From Malacoraja senta (lineage: Eukaryota), in contig CM076001.1 in assembly GCA_038087875.1 (NCBI GenBank), positions 1,056,001-1,120,000 of the forward strand: 64,000 nucleotides of DNA, in the 5' to 3' direction. The notes under the pieces were generated by a model. That model was not told where the DNA came from. It saw only the letters and a list, made by a program, of their open reading frames with translations, and did not search any database. Shown here one piece after another: positions 1-14,238 of this stretch. The position numbers and the translations under genes were made by a program. Each line of letters starts with the position of its first letter. Position 1 is the first letter of the stretch.

Positions 1-416
1 CTGATCTTGTGCTCTTCCAGTTTGCGGGGTTTTTCTATTTGCGCAAAAACGGTACACGATAGTGCTATGATTTTCCGCCAGGTTACTCACCGTTCTCCTG
101 TGCTGCGAGTGCAACAAGTTTCGTTCCGATCGGTGGTATATTGTAAAACTTATTGAGGTTTAAAAATCTTTAAAAAGGCGCGCGCAGATTCCTTCAGTCA
201 GCGCCACACAGATTTGTCTCTTCTCCTGTCAGTGAATGTCAGGGCTGGGATTGCGACGCCCCTTCCTGCCCCACCGGCAGCGGCCTGTCCCGCCTCACAA
301 ACTCACAAACTCCTCTCTCCCCTCCTCACAGTAACTTGTCTATCATGATGCTGCTTTTTATGGATGGAGGGAGGGAGTGACTGAGGGTAAGGCGAGGGAG
401 GGAGAGGTGAGGGAGG
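1..416 (+). mobile_element. Partial non-autonomous Helitron-like element (same family as 29659-30916 and 31167-32241), cut by the window edge and the gap
   Basis: 1-170 aligns by eye with 29680-29850 and 31180-31350 (tgatcttg...gcgcaaaaacggtacacgata...ttactcacc.ttctcctgtgctgc...); a purine-rich tract starts just before the gap, as in the other copies. Confidence 0.7.
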
Positions 417-616
417 NNNNNNNNNNNNNNNNNNNNNNNNNNNNNNNNNNNNNNNNNNNNNNNNNNNNNNNNNNNNNNNNNNNNNNNNNNNNNNNNNNNN
501 NNNNNNNNNNNNNNNNNNNNNNNNNNNNNNNNNNNNNNNNNNNNNNNNNNNNNNNNNNNNNNNNNNNNNNNNNNNNNNNNNNNNNNNNNNNNNNNNNNNN
601 NNNNNNNNNNNNNNNN
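417..616. other. Assembly gap (200 N)
   Basis: Run of N. Confidence 1.
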
Positions 617-1005
617 TCATCCTTCCTCTTCCAAAGTCCACAATCAGTTCCTTGGTTTTACTGATATTGAGAGCCAGGTTGTTTGTGCTTGCACCATTTG
701 GTCAATTGGTCGATCTCACTTCTATACTCTGACTCATCGCCATCCGTAATTCGTCGCACAATGGTGGTGTCGTCGGCAAACTTGACAATGGAGTTTGCAC
801 TATGTCCGGCTACACAGTCATGAGTATAGAGTGAGTAGAGCAGGGGGCCGAGCATGCAGCCTTGAGGTGCTCCCATACTGATTGTTATTGAGGGTGAGGT
901 ATTTCTGCCAATTCGAACAGACTGTGGTCTGTGGATGAGGAAGTCGAGGATCCAATTACAGAGGGATGCGCAGAGACCCAGTTCCGTGAGCTTGGTAACC
1001 AGCTT
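617..1005 (-). mobile_element. Rex1/Babar-type LINE reverse transcriptase fragment (continues at 3997-4040)
   Basis: ORF 658-876 has [20 protein letters not shown]...IVKFADDTT, closely matching the Rex1-like ORF at 44178-45401. The upstream motif SSAFNTIIPSKLVT lies at ~3997-4040. Confidence 0.85.
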
Positions 1006-3996
1006 TTTTTTTGGATCAAAACATTATTTATTTAATTTCAACACGATACAAAAACAAAAACAAAAAAAAACGTGGTGACATACCCACCACCATGTTACAA
1101 AAGCATCAAACAACTATTTTACAAATATTCTAATAACTACTATACAACCCCGGTAAAGGGGCAAGCATCTGGCTCGGACAAAGCCCTCTTCCGCCTAGCG
1201 CCGGGACTCGTGGATGGCCAGCTTGGCCAGGCATAGGAGCAACCCAACCAGGACATCTTCAGCCCTGCCTAATCCCTAGATCCCATCACCAGTCCTTCGG
1301 TCACTGACAGCAGAGCCACTCCTCCCCTTGTGGACCCTAGGTGGAGTGGCGGCGCTTCTTGCACTCCGGACCCTGGCTACAAGGGACGCTCTACTGATCC
1401 CTCTATGCTCAACAGGAACGACGCTGCTCTTGGTCTTGGCGTCCTTCTCCAGGTCGTCCAAGAAGGACCTGAGATGACGCCTATCATTCCCCTTCGCCCC
1501 CTTGCCCCTCCACCTCCTTCTGAGAATGAGGTTGAGTGAGCTGGTGAGCCTGTGTAAGTTTGGCAAACGGAGGGAGGCCAGTCTGGGCCGATGTTGGGCT
1601 CCTTCATTGGCCTGGATGAACTCGCGGATTTCCTCCACTGGAATGAGTGGAGTGGTGTCGGGGGGAGCGAGAACATCCATTGATTCATTGTCCGAGGAGT
1701 CCCCTTCCACCAGCTCACTGCAGATGGAGACACCATCCCCATCCCCTGACACACCCTTAGTGCTCGATACTCCTGCCCCTTCCTGTGCGGCGGTTGCCTC
1801 TTTCCCACCCGCTGGTCTCTCCTCCACCTCAGTCCAAACCCTGAGGCCAGTGGCAGAGGGGCCCTCCCCAGATGTACCCAGGGAGTCAAGACCATCGACA
1901 TTGGGTACATCTGGTGGACTCTGGTGCACCAGACTCAGGGAGTCCCTCTGGAGCCAGGCCCTGAGGGAGAGAAGGGCTCGTTTCCCTAACCCCCTCCCCA
2001 TCTACAGTCTCTAACTCCAGAGGCGTGCTCTGCGCCTCGTCCTGTGTGGGTTGCTCCTGGGCTTCCTCGGGTGCCTGATATGGGACTCCCTCCCCAACAG
2101 GAATCTCCCCCAGCTCCATATCACCTGAGTGGTCCCTATCGCCACCCTCCCCAGAATCCCCTCCAGAACATGGGACCGGGGCCCGAACCAGAGGGCGCGA
2201 GTCTTCCTCACCACACTACTCTCCTCCCCCCTGGAGGATTCCCGTTCGTCTCCCTTCCGTTCCTCCCTAGAGAGATTCCTCCTTCTCTTTTTCGATGGGG
2301 AGGAGCTCACAGACTCTGGCGTCACCTGAGCAACCTTCCTCTGTGGCACCCCCTCCTCCCGCCCGATCCCCACCGCCCCCAGCTGGATTATGGGGCTTGC
2401 AGACTCCCTAAAGGGAGGTGACGGGATGGGTGGATTCTTATCCCTGGTGGTTTTGTTCCCCAGGTGCTTCACCTTCTTCGCCACCTTGTTCCCCTTCTTT
2501 TGACCCTCCCCACCCCCACCCCTCCCCTTTGCGCAACCCCAGGGTTCCTTGACTCAACTACAGGGGAGGTGGAAGCAGGGTGGGGAGGGAGGTTAGTGGC
2601 ACCGGAGGCGGAGGCCTCTGCCCAGGATTTGGGGCAATTCCTCTGAATATGCCCCACTTCCTTACAGGGATGGCACCTTGAGCGCTCTGATGTCCAGTAG
2701 ACGGTGAAATCACGCCCATCCTGCTGGACACAGAAGCGCCCGTCAACTACCTCCTCCCGTTCCAACAACGTCGTCAGCTGGCGCTGGAGGGAAAGAACGT
2801 GCCGCAACTCCTTCCTGTGGAACCCCTGGGATTTCGGGGTGATGTCCGTGAGTACCTTCCCCAGGGTGTGAAGGCAGTGAAGGAGGGCCTCATTTCTGAT
2901 GCAGGCGGGACTTTGGACAGGACCACCTGCTGCGCGGTGGTCGCCAAGGGCTCGACCTGCAGGAATGTTCCCCCCCACTAAGATCCCTTTATTCACCCCC
3001 TCAACAGATTTGAGGAAGAACACGGCCTTCCCAAACATCCTTCCCATGTACAGGGGAAGGATGCTTGGCCGCCACGGACACGGCAGCCAAGCAGCCTTCC
3101 AGGTTCATATGAGGGGGTAGGTAGCACCTTATTCCATGCTCGAAAGGCAGGTTCCTCATGGAGAACCGGGCCCCCAGAGCAGCAACCGAAGCAGCCACCT
3201 TTGCATAGCTCCTGGAAGGCCCCGCTCCCCTTGAACACTGACCCAGCATGGTATCATGTGCTACAATTTAAAACATAGCATTTACACAAAGCCTGAGACA
3301 CAGACAGTCCAAATGGCACGAGAACAAGTCCAAACACAAAAATAATATGGAACAGTTCGAGGGAGGAAGGCAAAGTGGTGTCGCCTCGAACGTCGATAAA
3401 TGCGGCTCCCCTGAAAAACTGCTGTGTCACCACCTCCGCCCAGCATTTTCGGCTCTCCTGCGATCCCTGGCGAGCTGCTGACCGTCACAGGCAATCCCAG
3501 CTGTTCTTCGCCGCTCCTACAGCTACAAAAGGAACTTGCCTGCAGTCTTGTTGTTGGAAGCCTCTTATCTCCGTCAGTCTTGCCGAGAGAAAGGAGGCTT
3601 CGTCTTCAGCTCCAGGCTCCAAGGCCACAGAAAGAGGTCGAGACGGTGCAGGTGCAGAAATCCTCCCACACCACACGAAAGCCAGACCAGCCTCGACGAG
3701 GCAGTAAGGAGGGTTCTGCATGCAGGTGTAAAAGTCCAGAAAGATTTTCTCCTCCCTTTTGGTGAGCCGCAGTTCCTGGTAGGTTGCCAGCCAGTTGTGG
3801 GAGTTCAACAGTTAGTTGATAAGACTGCTCGCAGTCCCAAAAACAAGCAGAAACTTTAAAACAAGTCTCTGCAATGTCGCAGCGATACACAAAGATGTTT
3901 AAAGTACCGCTGTATCTCCTCAGAATTCCATAATGATGATAAAACACACTAGTTCTTGTGTGTGAATGGGAGCTCCTAATCACCACACCTGCTCGC
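1006..3996 (-). mobile_element. Tx1/L1-clade retrotransposon retaining degenerate ORF1 but only the extreme 3' end of ORF2
   Basis: 11-bp TSD GTAACCAGCTT at 995-1005 and 3997-4007; poly(A) at the left end; ORF1 fragments with a CCHC knuckle (CHPCKEVGHIQRNC in ORF 2469-3047); an ORF2 C-terminal-like remnant (EDVLVGLLLCLAKLAIHESR) at ~1200-1275. Confidence 0.85.
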
Positions 3997-4369
3997 GTAA
4001 CCAGCTTGGAGGGGATGATGGTATTGAACGCCGAGCTGCTGCCTTTGATCGGCAAGGAGGTGGCTTGGTGGGTTGTGCATAGAATAACAGAAGGATTCAT
4101 GGAGAAAATGAAGTTATGTGAATTAACCTCCCATCTATGTTTCCATTGAAGTCGAATGTCAATTTACAATTGCACCAAACTTCTCAGATTGAAGGATCTT
4201 CAACAGTTAAGTAGGATTAATCTGGTCACTTTAGGAATTATATAAATGCACTAAAGAGGTGACATACTGTAGGGGGATGTAGCTGAGATAAGAACATATT
4301 TGACATGGCGAGAGACTGGCTATGCTGAGGTTATTTTTTTTAGAAGAAAGGAGACTGAGAAGCAAATCC

Positions 4370-5160
4370 ACCGGGTGCCGCCATCAGCGATGGCAGCCTT
4401 GCCAATGGTCTGTATGTCTTTTCATATTTTTTGTTATTTTAGTGTGTTTTATAAGTTTGTATTAATGTTCTCTGGTTTGTTTTATATGGGGGTGGGGGTG
4501 GGGGAAGGGGTCAGGGGTCAGGGGTCAGGGGAAACTTTTTTTCAATCTCTCATCATGTCAGAGATGCGATTGTTTTCCGGATCGTATCTCCGGTCGCTCT
4601 GTGGCCTAACATCATGGAGCTGGAGGCATTGCTCGAGACTAACTTTGAGTCCCACCGCGTGGCCGTGGACTTACCATCGGAGCCTGCGATATCTTGCCTG
4701 GGATGGACGCTCCAGTCGCGGCCTGCGGATTCCAACATCGAGGAGCTCGCAGTCTCGGGTAGAGACTGATGTTGGGAAGCTCCAAAGTCACAGGAGGTTT
4801 GACTAGCCCCGACCTGGGGTCTGATCGCTCGGTGCGGGTAGCTGAGATCCTCCGATGCGGTAGCTTGATCGCCCCGATGCGGCGGGCCCGATCGCCGGCT
4901 ACGGGAGCCAAGATCGTCTCATCAACGGAAGGCTCGAGGCCCCCGACTGCGGGAGAACAAAGAAGGGAAGAGATTGAACTTTTTTTTCATCTTCCATCAC
5001 AGTGAGGAATGTGGAGGAATCACTGTGGTGGATGTTTATGTTAAAATCTATTTTGTGAGTATTGTTGCTTTTTATTGGTTTGACTGTATGGCAAATCAAA
5101 TTCCTCTTATGTTGCAAAACATACTTGTCTAATAAAGTATGATTATAATGTTGATGATTA
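4370..5160 (+). mobile_element. GC-rich non-autonomous retroposon, copy 1 (approximate ends)
   Basis: Homologous to 62815-63495 (gagatgcgatt...gtatctcc; cttccatcacagtgaggaatgtgg); ends in AATAAA plus a short simple-repeat tail; no credible ORF. Confidence 0.6.
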
Positions 5161-5842
5161 ATTGAAGTTTATAATTTTGAAAGACAGAAATAGATAAAAA
5201 GGAGAGGCCATATTTCTCTTAGCAGAGGTAATTAACCTGGGGAGATGTTCAATCAAATTGATAGGAGGGTTAGAGGGGAGTTGAGGACATTTTGTACATC
5301 GAAAGTGTAGCGAGATCTGGAATGCAGAATCTAAAAGGATGGTAGAGGCAGATTTCCCCGTCACATTTAATTGTTTAAGCACTTGAAGAGCTATGATCTA
5401 CAATACAACAGCTAGGAAACAAGATTAACCTAAATAAAATAGTCAACATAGATGCAATATGCTGCTTAGCCTTCTTAGCCTGCTTCACCACTGCATATGA
5501 CCTGTAAAATAAGCAGTCATTGAAGAATTAAAGATGTCTGTCTTTTTTATTAATTTACATTTGTCAGTATGGATTATTTGTTTTGAAAGTGTCTAAGATG
5601 GGAAAAGAGTTATTTTATTGCACAAGCAGATGGACATGAGGGAGACCGGGTGAAATCTCCAGTAGTCTATCCAACCAGACTTACAAATGAACACAAGAAA
5701 AAGGCAATTTGACCCCTTGAGACTGATCCACTATTTAGTTTAGTTTAGTTTAGATACATAGAGTGGAAATTTTGGGAAAACTTTGGGAAAAATGGGAAAG
5801 TTCTTTGTTCCCATTTCTCCAATATATTTCAGTATTTTCTCT

Positions 5843-6085
<243 letters not shown>

Positions 6086-6301
6086 CAGGCACGTGCCTTG
6101 AGTAATTAGCCAGGGTAGGCAGTGGCTTCTAAAAATCGTGGAAACCGCGCATGCGCAGATTGTTCTCTCCCCCGGCGAGCTGTCAGTCGGCTTTAAAATA
6201 TCTTGGAAACCGCGCATGCGCAGCTTATTCTCTCGACTTTTATCAAGTAATTTGTCTTCAATAGGTCCTATCTCTTAATAAAGTATTAAAAAACATATAG
6301 C

Positions 6302-7957
6302 TCAAAGAAATTTATTTACCATATTATTTGTACACAAAATCCATTCTTCTTTGTTTGCAGCAAAAATATCCATAACTTTTTCATAGAAATTAGCAGTGGG
6401 ACTTTGCTCCATCTGAGTAAATCTTTCCTTTTCGATAGAAATTAAAGCAAGTGATGAAAGCCTTTTATTGGACATTCTATTCCTGGTGAAGCTTTTAATT
6501 CTTTTCAAAGCTGAAAATGATCTCTCAACAGAAACAGTAGCAGTAATTGTTAAAATTAATTGTAGCAGCTTCACGGCTTCAGTGAATGTTTGTTCCAGTC
6601 CATTTTGAAATATAAAAACAAGTAAATCTTTAAATGATTTATCCTGAAACACTTGTGCATTATAAATTCCAGCTAGATCCGCTTTCAGTCTTATGACATC
6701 AAAGAAGTTACCGTAGTTTCTTTCTAAACTTTCTATTGCCTCCTGATCAATTTGACAAGCAAGTTTTTGAAACCTGTTTCCATCAACTAAGGAAATGAAT
6801 TGTAAAATGTTTAAGTCGCTGTATCTTGCTTCCATATGCTTCAATATATCAACCAATATCAGATCAAATATTCGTGCTCTCTCTTCTTTAATTGGACGCT
6901 TTGAACAAGATTTTGATTCAGTCAGGTCATTTTCTTTGCAATATTCTTCAAACTTTTCATGAATGTCATCAAAATTTTGGCGCAGATCCTCAAGCGAATG
7001 TATTGTTTCATTGATTCTTTCAATGCAATATGGAATATCTATCATTTTAGTTTGCAAAATGTTGTAGAGAGTGTCAGTTTTAATGAAAATTTCATTATAA
7101 ACCATGAGAAGAAAGTATGTAGAATATTTTGTTAGCCAAGCTTAAAACACATTGCTCCTCACCAAAGTTTCAGGATCCCACAATAAAGGATTGCTGTTAA
7201 TGCTATCAAAAAGTTTACAGAGGTCTCCATAATATTGCAAAATAGTTTGGATTTGCTTTCAGTTTGAAGTCCATCTGGTTGGTGCTGCCTTTGGAATGCG
7301 TTTCTGCACTATTTCATCAAGAAATTGCTTTCGTTTTGTAGAATGACTAAAAAATGAGGCAAGAGCGTCAATGGTCTTGAAAAGGCCTGTACATTCAGGT
7401 ATGAATTTAGCTGACTGAGACAGAACAAGATTCAACATGAGCACAGCAGTGGGTAAATAGAGCTGATGGTGCCTTTTCTCTTACTTTAGCTTGAACACCA
7501 TTTAAGTTTGATGCCATTACCATTGCTCCATCTGTGCTACAAGTTTCTCAGCACACGTATATCTGTGTAAGTTATTGAATATGCATTCTGTTACACTAGC
7601 AGCAGTTCTGTCCTTAAGTTTGTCAAAGCCTATGAATGTTTCTTTAATTTCAGAGTCCAATATATACCGTAATACTGTAGAGCACTGAGCTGTATTTGAA
7701 ATATCAGTGGATTCATCCACTTCTATGGCAATGAATGGGGCTTTTGCGATCTCTTCTTTAATATTATTTTCTACAACTGTGCCTACTGCTTCAATCAAGT
7801 CATGTTGTATCTTGTTGGAAATGCCAGAAAAAGCGGATGAACTGTAAATAATGTGCTAATTTTTCATCAGATTTTGCTGTATATTTCAGTAACTCAATAT
7901 TGTTTCCACGATTTAGTGATTCTTTGGTTTCATTATCACCGCGAAAAGCAAGTTCTT
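6302..7957 (-). pseudogene. hAT transposase, catalytic and C-terminal dimerisation regions (frameshifted)
   Basis: ORF pieces 7800-7991, 7517-7798, 7259-7444 and 6302-7105 are in the correct domain order but in different frames. Confidence 0.85.
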
Positions 7958-8271
7958 TTTTTTTTAAATTATTTTTATTAGAAGCAAACATATTATAAAG
8001 TATAGTAACATATTATAATAGAAAAAAACGTTTCATATACATCAATCATACATTATTAAAATTGTCAATTGTCGATTAATTCTGCTTCTAGTGTTTTTTT
8101 TATATAGATAGAAAAAGAGAGATAGAAAGAAAAAAGAATTACAAATATCAAAAAAGAGGTGGAATGACTTACTTATAATACGTCATTGGAGATAAGTTTG
8201 TAGGTTATGAAATATAATTTTACAACTAATCCTGAGTTCAAGCTTCAGTTGGGCTTTCGTGCTGGGCCAAT

Positions 8272-11200
8272 CTATCCCTTCAAATAGTTAATGAATGTAG
8301 CCCATATTTTAACAAAAAGTTCTTGTTTGTCCATTAAGACAACTCTAATTCTTTCTAGATGTAGGGTCTCCGACATTTCCACAATCCACATTTTAATTGT
8401 GGGGGTTATAGGGCCTTTCCAAAATTTTAATATTAATTTTTTCCCAGTTATTATACTGTAGTCGAGGAAGTTTCTTTGGCTTGTTGTGAGTGTTAAACTT
8501 CGTTCTGATATCCCAAGTATTATTAATTTTGAGTCTGGATCCAATTTAGTATTAACAACTTCAGAAATTATTTCAAAAATATCAGTCCAGAAATGTTTAA
8601 TTTTTATACAATTTGCAAAAGTATGTGTTAAATTGGCCTCTAGATGCAGGCATTTATCACAGATAGGAGAAATATGTGGGAAGATTCTATTTAGTTTTAT
8701 TTTGGAATAATGTAATCTGTGTAAGACTTTAAATTGTATTAAAGCATGTCTGGCATTTAACGAGCATTGTTGTAAACTTTCGTCCCAAATGTCTTTCGTT
8801 ATAGGATGACCTAACTCATTTTCCCATGTGTGTCTATATAGTTCCATCGGTGGTACCTCGTTGTTTAAGAGGGTGTTATAAATATAAGCTATTAATTTTT
8901 CAGTGTTAGGATGCTTATTCAAACATTCATCAAGAATTTCTGGTTCCCTAGTCCTATAAACTTGTGTATTAGATTTAACATAATCTCTAATTTGTAGATA
9001 TCTGAAAAAATTATTTGAGTGTAGTCCATGTTTCTGTTGTAACTTGAAATGACAGAAAGATGCCTTTCCTATAAAGATGTCCAATCTTTTTAATTCCATA
9101 ATTGTTCCATTGTATGAAACCTTTATCCAGTATGGATGGCTTGAATAAAGGATTATTTACAATGGGAAGACATAGTGGTATATTATTCAGTTTTAAAGCT
9201 ATTTTTAATTGTTTCCAAATTCGTATTCCACTATGTATTATAGGGTTTTCCTTATAGGTTTTATTATGCAGTTTTATAAGCGAACCAATTTCAAAAGGTA
9301 AACAGTCTTCCTTTTCCATCCTTAACCAATCTGGATGTTGATCCATTTCTTCCAGCCAGAAATTTATGTTTTTAATATGGACTGCCCAAAAATAAAATAA
9401 GAAATTTGGCAAGGCCAAACCTCCGTTGCTCTTTGACTTACATAAATGTTTTTTACTTATTCTATGATTCTTATAATCCCAAATAAAGCTTGTAACAATG
9501 GAATCGACTTTTTTGAAAAAGTTTTTGGGGATATATATCGGAATTAATTGAAATAGGTACAGTAGTTGTGGTAAGAAGATCATTTTTATAGCATTAATTC
9601 TACCAAGCATTGAAATGGGAAGTGTTTTCCAGTACTGAATATTCTTGTGTAATTTTTTAAGTAAGGATGGAAAATTTTGTGTAAATAAAGAGGTATATGT
9701 CTTAGTTACGTAGATTCCTAAATATTTAAGTTTATCTTTAACTATTTTAAAAGTGGATTGTTGTAATGTATTTAAATTGAGTTTTGTTATTGGCATGATT
9801 TCACTTTTATTCCAGTTAATTCTATATCCTGAGAACTGACCAAATTGAGTTATTAGATTTAATAGATTTGGAATACTAGTTTCTAACTTTGTAATATATA
9901 TTAGTACATCATCTGCATATAAGGAAATGTTATTCCTTGTATCTCTAGTGTTGTACCCGTGTATTCCTGGATGGGTTCTAACGCTTTCTGCTAATGGTTC
10001 AATTGCAAGAGCAAATAATAGTGGGGATAGTGAGCATCCTTGTCTACAACCTCTAGAAAGATTAAATTTAGCTGATAACATTTGGTTTGTTAATATTCTA
10101 GCTGTTGGATTAGAGTATAACAATTTAACCCATGTACAGTACTTCTCTCTCAGTTGAAATTTTTCCATTACCGAAAATAAATATGACCATTCTACCTGGT
10201 CAAATGCTTTTTCAGCATCTAACGAAATAATTGCTAGATCTGCATTAGGAATTCTATTTGTATATATAATATTGAATAAACTTCTCAAATTATAAAATGA
10301 GTAACGTTTTGGAATAAAACCTGTTTGGTCGGGGTGTATTACTTTGTTAATCACTAAGCTCAATCTATGAGATAGGATTTTGGTTAATATTTTCTGATCA
10401 GTATTTAAGAGAGCTATTGCTCTATATGAACCTGGGTCTTCAGGATCCTTATCCGTTTTTGGTATAAGTATGATTGTAGATTCATTTAGAGTTTCTGGGA
10501 GTTTCTGTTGAGTGTAAGCGTATTTGTATAGTGTCTGTAGGCGTGGAGAAATCAGATCGTAATTTTTTAAATAAAATTCAGAACTTAGACCATCAGGACC
10601 TGCGGCCTTTCCGTTTTTTAAAGATCTAATCGACTCTTCGATGTCTTTTACCGTAAGATAAGATAAGACTTTATTAATCCCCTTATTCAGGGGAAATTCA
10701 GATGTCCTTGCAGCACACTAATAAAAATACAACATAGTGTTCAAAAAGAAGTTCAACACAAAAACATCCCCCCACAATGGTTCCCACTGTCGGGGAAGGC
10801 ACAAAGTCCAGTCCCCATCCTCTTGTCCACCCAGAGTCAGGCCCACTGAGGCCTCCACAGTCCCGCCACGGTGCCCGATATTCTTGCCCAGGCTCCGAGA
10901 TGTAACGTTCAGCGTCGCAGCTGGCCGCTCCACAGAACCGCGGCTCCACGATGTTCCCATCGGGGGTCCCAGCATACTGGAGTCCCAGCGCGGCGACCCA
11001 GGAAAGGCATCGCCCGCTCCACGACAGCATCTAGTGATTCTCTCTCTTTCTGATCTAAACCTGTAAGGTTACATTTCTGTAGATTGTTCTGTCGTTTTAG
11101 ATGAGTACAGTTTTTGATAGTATTGTAAAAATCTATCATTAATATCTTTAGGCAGTGTTAATGTTCCTCCCTTGTCTGATCTAATTTTGTAAATTGTTTT

Positions 11201-12372
11201 TTCCCCGTCCAGTTTACGAAGTTGACGCGTTAATAGTTTTTGTGGTTGATCACCAAATTCAAAGTTTAATTGTTTTGTATGTTGATATAATTTTATAACT
11301 TGGTCTGAGTATATCTTGTTTAACTTATATTTCAGTACTGCAATTTTATTGTGTTTTGCCATAGATGGTGCTATTGCATTTTCTATGTCTAATTGCCTTA
11401 TTTCCATTTCCAAAGTCTGTTGTTTGGCCCTATTCTCTTTGTTAAGAAATGATTGGGAAGAGATTAATGCTCCTCGCACAAATGCTTTAAATGTTTCCCA
11501 AAGAAGGGAGGCAGAGATTCCAGGGCTATCATTAGCCTCGAAAAACATATTAATCTGTTTTACGAGGTATTCATTACATAGCTTTTCTGTTAAGATTTGG
11601 GGGTTAAGTCTCCATTGTGACTGTGTCTCGGTCATTCCGTTTAGTTTAATCATAAATGTTAGTGGAGCATGGTAATATTATGATATTGCGAATTATAGGT
11701 AAATGGAATAAGTTTAGAGTCTACTAAGAAATAGTCTATCCTTGAATAAGTTTTATGCACTGGTGAGTAAAATTAGTATTCTCAACCAGATGGGTTTTCA
11801 ATTCTCCAAACATCCTTAATATTGGTAGTATTAATATATGAATTTAGAAATTCACTTGACTGAGATTTTAATTTTCTTTGAGTTGATGATCTATCCAAGT
11901 AAGCATCCAGTGTACAATTTAAGTCTCCACCGATAATTAAGTTATGTTGTGTACATTCCGGGATAATGTTAAGTATTCTCTTAAAAAACAGGGGGCTATC
12001 AAAATTTGGTCCATACACATTAAGGAGAGTCACTTTTTTTGAGTATAACTCCCCTACTAATACAATATATCTGCCTTTAATATCTTCTATCGTTGATATA
12101 TGTTTAAAGGGTATACCTTTACGAATTAATATTGCAACCCCTCTAGATTTATGTGAGAATGAAGAGTGATACGCTTTAGCAATCCATTTTGCTTTCAATC
12201 TATGTTGTGCTTCCTTTTTAAGATGTGTTTCCTGGAGAAATATTATATCTGCTTTAAGTGATTTTAAATGAGCTAATACTTTACTTCTCTTGATTGGTTC
12301 ATTAATTCCCTTAACATTCCAGCTACAGAATGTAATTCCTTCACCCCCAATTTTCCTATTAACGTCTTGCAT
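8272..12372 (-). pseudogene. L1 ORF2 (AP endonuclease, reverse transcriptase, C-terminal Cys motif), frameshifted
   Basis: SWNVKG, FLQETH and GGDLN (endonuclease); LDAEKAFD, RQGCSLSP and LYADD (RT); CDKC...HTF..C near the C-terminus. Confidence 0.92.
10655..11027 (-). mobile_element. GC-rich non-autonomous retroposon, copy 2, 5'-truncated, inserted in L1 ORF2
   Basis: Interrupts L1 between ...ESLDA and TVKDIEESI; simple (TCTTA)n tail with AATAAA; shares the ccttccc.(g/c)acagtgggaa core with 46900-47372. Confidence 0.7.
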
Positions 12373-13166
12373 CTTGTGATTAAAGTGGTCTATGTTAGAG
12401 CAGATGGCTCAGCACATTAAACCCTACCTTATACCCGAACATCAGGTAGATTAATTTTAGATCTCGTCGGTTTTCTATCCGGACATATCTCCCTAAATAA
12501 AATATATAATTCCATTCCAAATACAAAATATAATATAACATAAGATAGAAAAGGTAAAAAAATGTTGCATTAGTAACGTGTAAAGAGTAGAAAAAGAAGA
12601 AAACTACAACTATAGTTAGTGCAGTTAGTGATAGCCACCCTAGTGTGGCTAAGCATCTAAGGACTTCCGTAGCTTTTGGTAAAAAAAAAATATTACTAGC
12701 TCCGTACTTTCCTTAAAAGAAAAGTTTCAATTACAATGAAAACAATTTATGGGGGGGGGAGGGAAACAATAGTTATATTCCATAATTGAAATAATTATTA
12801 GTCTCCAATTGAAAATTAAAAAAAACATTGTTAAAGAGTAATCAAATTCAAAAATATCAAAGAAAAAAGTCCTACATTTTTATTAATAAATTACCTGAAT
12901 CACACTTTACTTATATTTCATACTTTTAATTAATTCTGAGTTGATCCAGTTAACAATAATTAGTATTGATTAGTATTCATGATTAGTAATAGTTGTTAGA
13001 AATTAGTACTAAAATGTAAATATTATATATCAGTAGCAAGAAAATTGCCCAATTCTTATTGCAGATTTTGGACAGTTCTTAAGTATAATAGTTTAAAGTT
13101 CCATTTCTTCTCTGCAGGGTAACAATATCCGATATCTTCAGGTGAATGTTGGGTGTAGAGTATTAT

Positions 13167-14238
13167 TCAATCTTCGGTCTTATTCACGATGCTCTGGGCG
13201 AATTCAAGTGCCTCTGTGTGCTTGATGAAGAAATGTTCCTTCCGCTCGTAGGTTACTCTTAATGTTGCGGGATATAACAGTCCATATCTCAAATTGTTTA
13301 TATTCTTAAGTATTCTTCTTGTTTCTGTAAACAGCGCTCTCTTCTTGGCGACTTCCACAGGATAATCTCTAAATATACTGATCTTGTCTCCTTCAAATAT
13401 GAGGTTTCTGCTTTGAACAATTATCTTCATCATATCATCCAAAACATGGTCATATTGCACCTTCACTATCAGTTGTCTTGGGGGGGCGCCGTCCCTTGGG
13501 TGACGTCTCGATACTCTTTGCGCTCGGGCAAGTAGTGGTGCTTGATCCAATTTCAAGAGTTTTTTCAGTAGATCTGCAGCAAATTCACGGGGGGTCACGA
13601 TTCCCCTCTCTGCCTTCCTGGACGCCCACGATTCTTAAATTCTGGCGTCTCCGTCGTCCCTCCAAGTCAGTACATTTTTCGGTTATTTGATGTGATAACT
13701 TTGATAGGCGTTTGTTCTCGGCAATACGTTTTTTTGTAGTTTCGGAGCTCGTCTCAGCAATTTCCTCTAATTCCTTTACTGCCTTGTGGTGTTGATTTAA
13801 TGTCTGGAAGATAGGCTCCAACTTAGAATCAAATCTAGATTCCATCTAATTCAGTTTATCATTTACTTCTTCAATACTTTGTTTCAAATTTTCTTCCATG
13901 TCTAACTTCCAATCTTCCAGCACTTCATGTACAGAAGCTGTAACCTCTTCTTTAATTTGTTCTTTAATTTCCTCTTTAAAAGAAATCAGCTCCTGTTTAA
14001 GATTTTTTAATTCTTTCATTATATTAGAGATTTCCTGTGTAAGGAAGATTCTTAATTCTTCCACAACTGTCTTTTTCTTCTTTGAGATATCTTCTTGGGA
14101 TGCTGTTAAAACTGAGGCCGAGGCTTCAGTTGGGCCTACCTCTTTAGCCGCCGTTTTTTCTCGACTTGGGAGGGGGAGTATGTTGAGTCGACATGCTGCC
14201 GGTCTCGCGCGCCTGATGACGTCACAAACTTGCTGCAA
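13167..14238 (-). pseudogene. L1 ORF1 (coiled coil, RRM, C-terminal domain), disrupted
   Basis: DLEGRRRRQNLRIVGVQEG and GLLYPATLRVT motifs across three ORF pieces; true start codon uncertain. Confidence 0.88.

Noticed and set aside
6302..7105. Domesticated ZMYM1-like host gene
   Set aside because: It lies between intact TIRs, is frameshifted, and is split by an L1, so it is a dead transposase.
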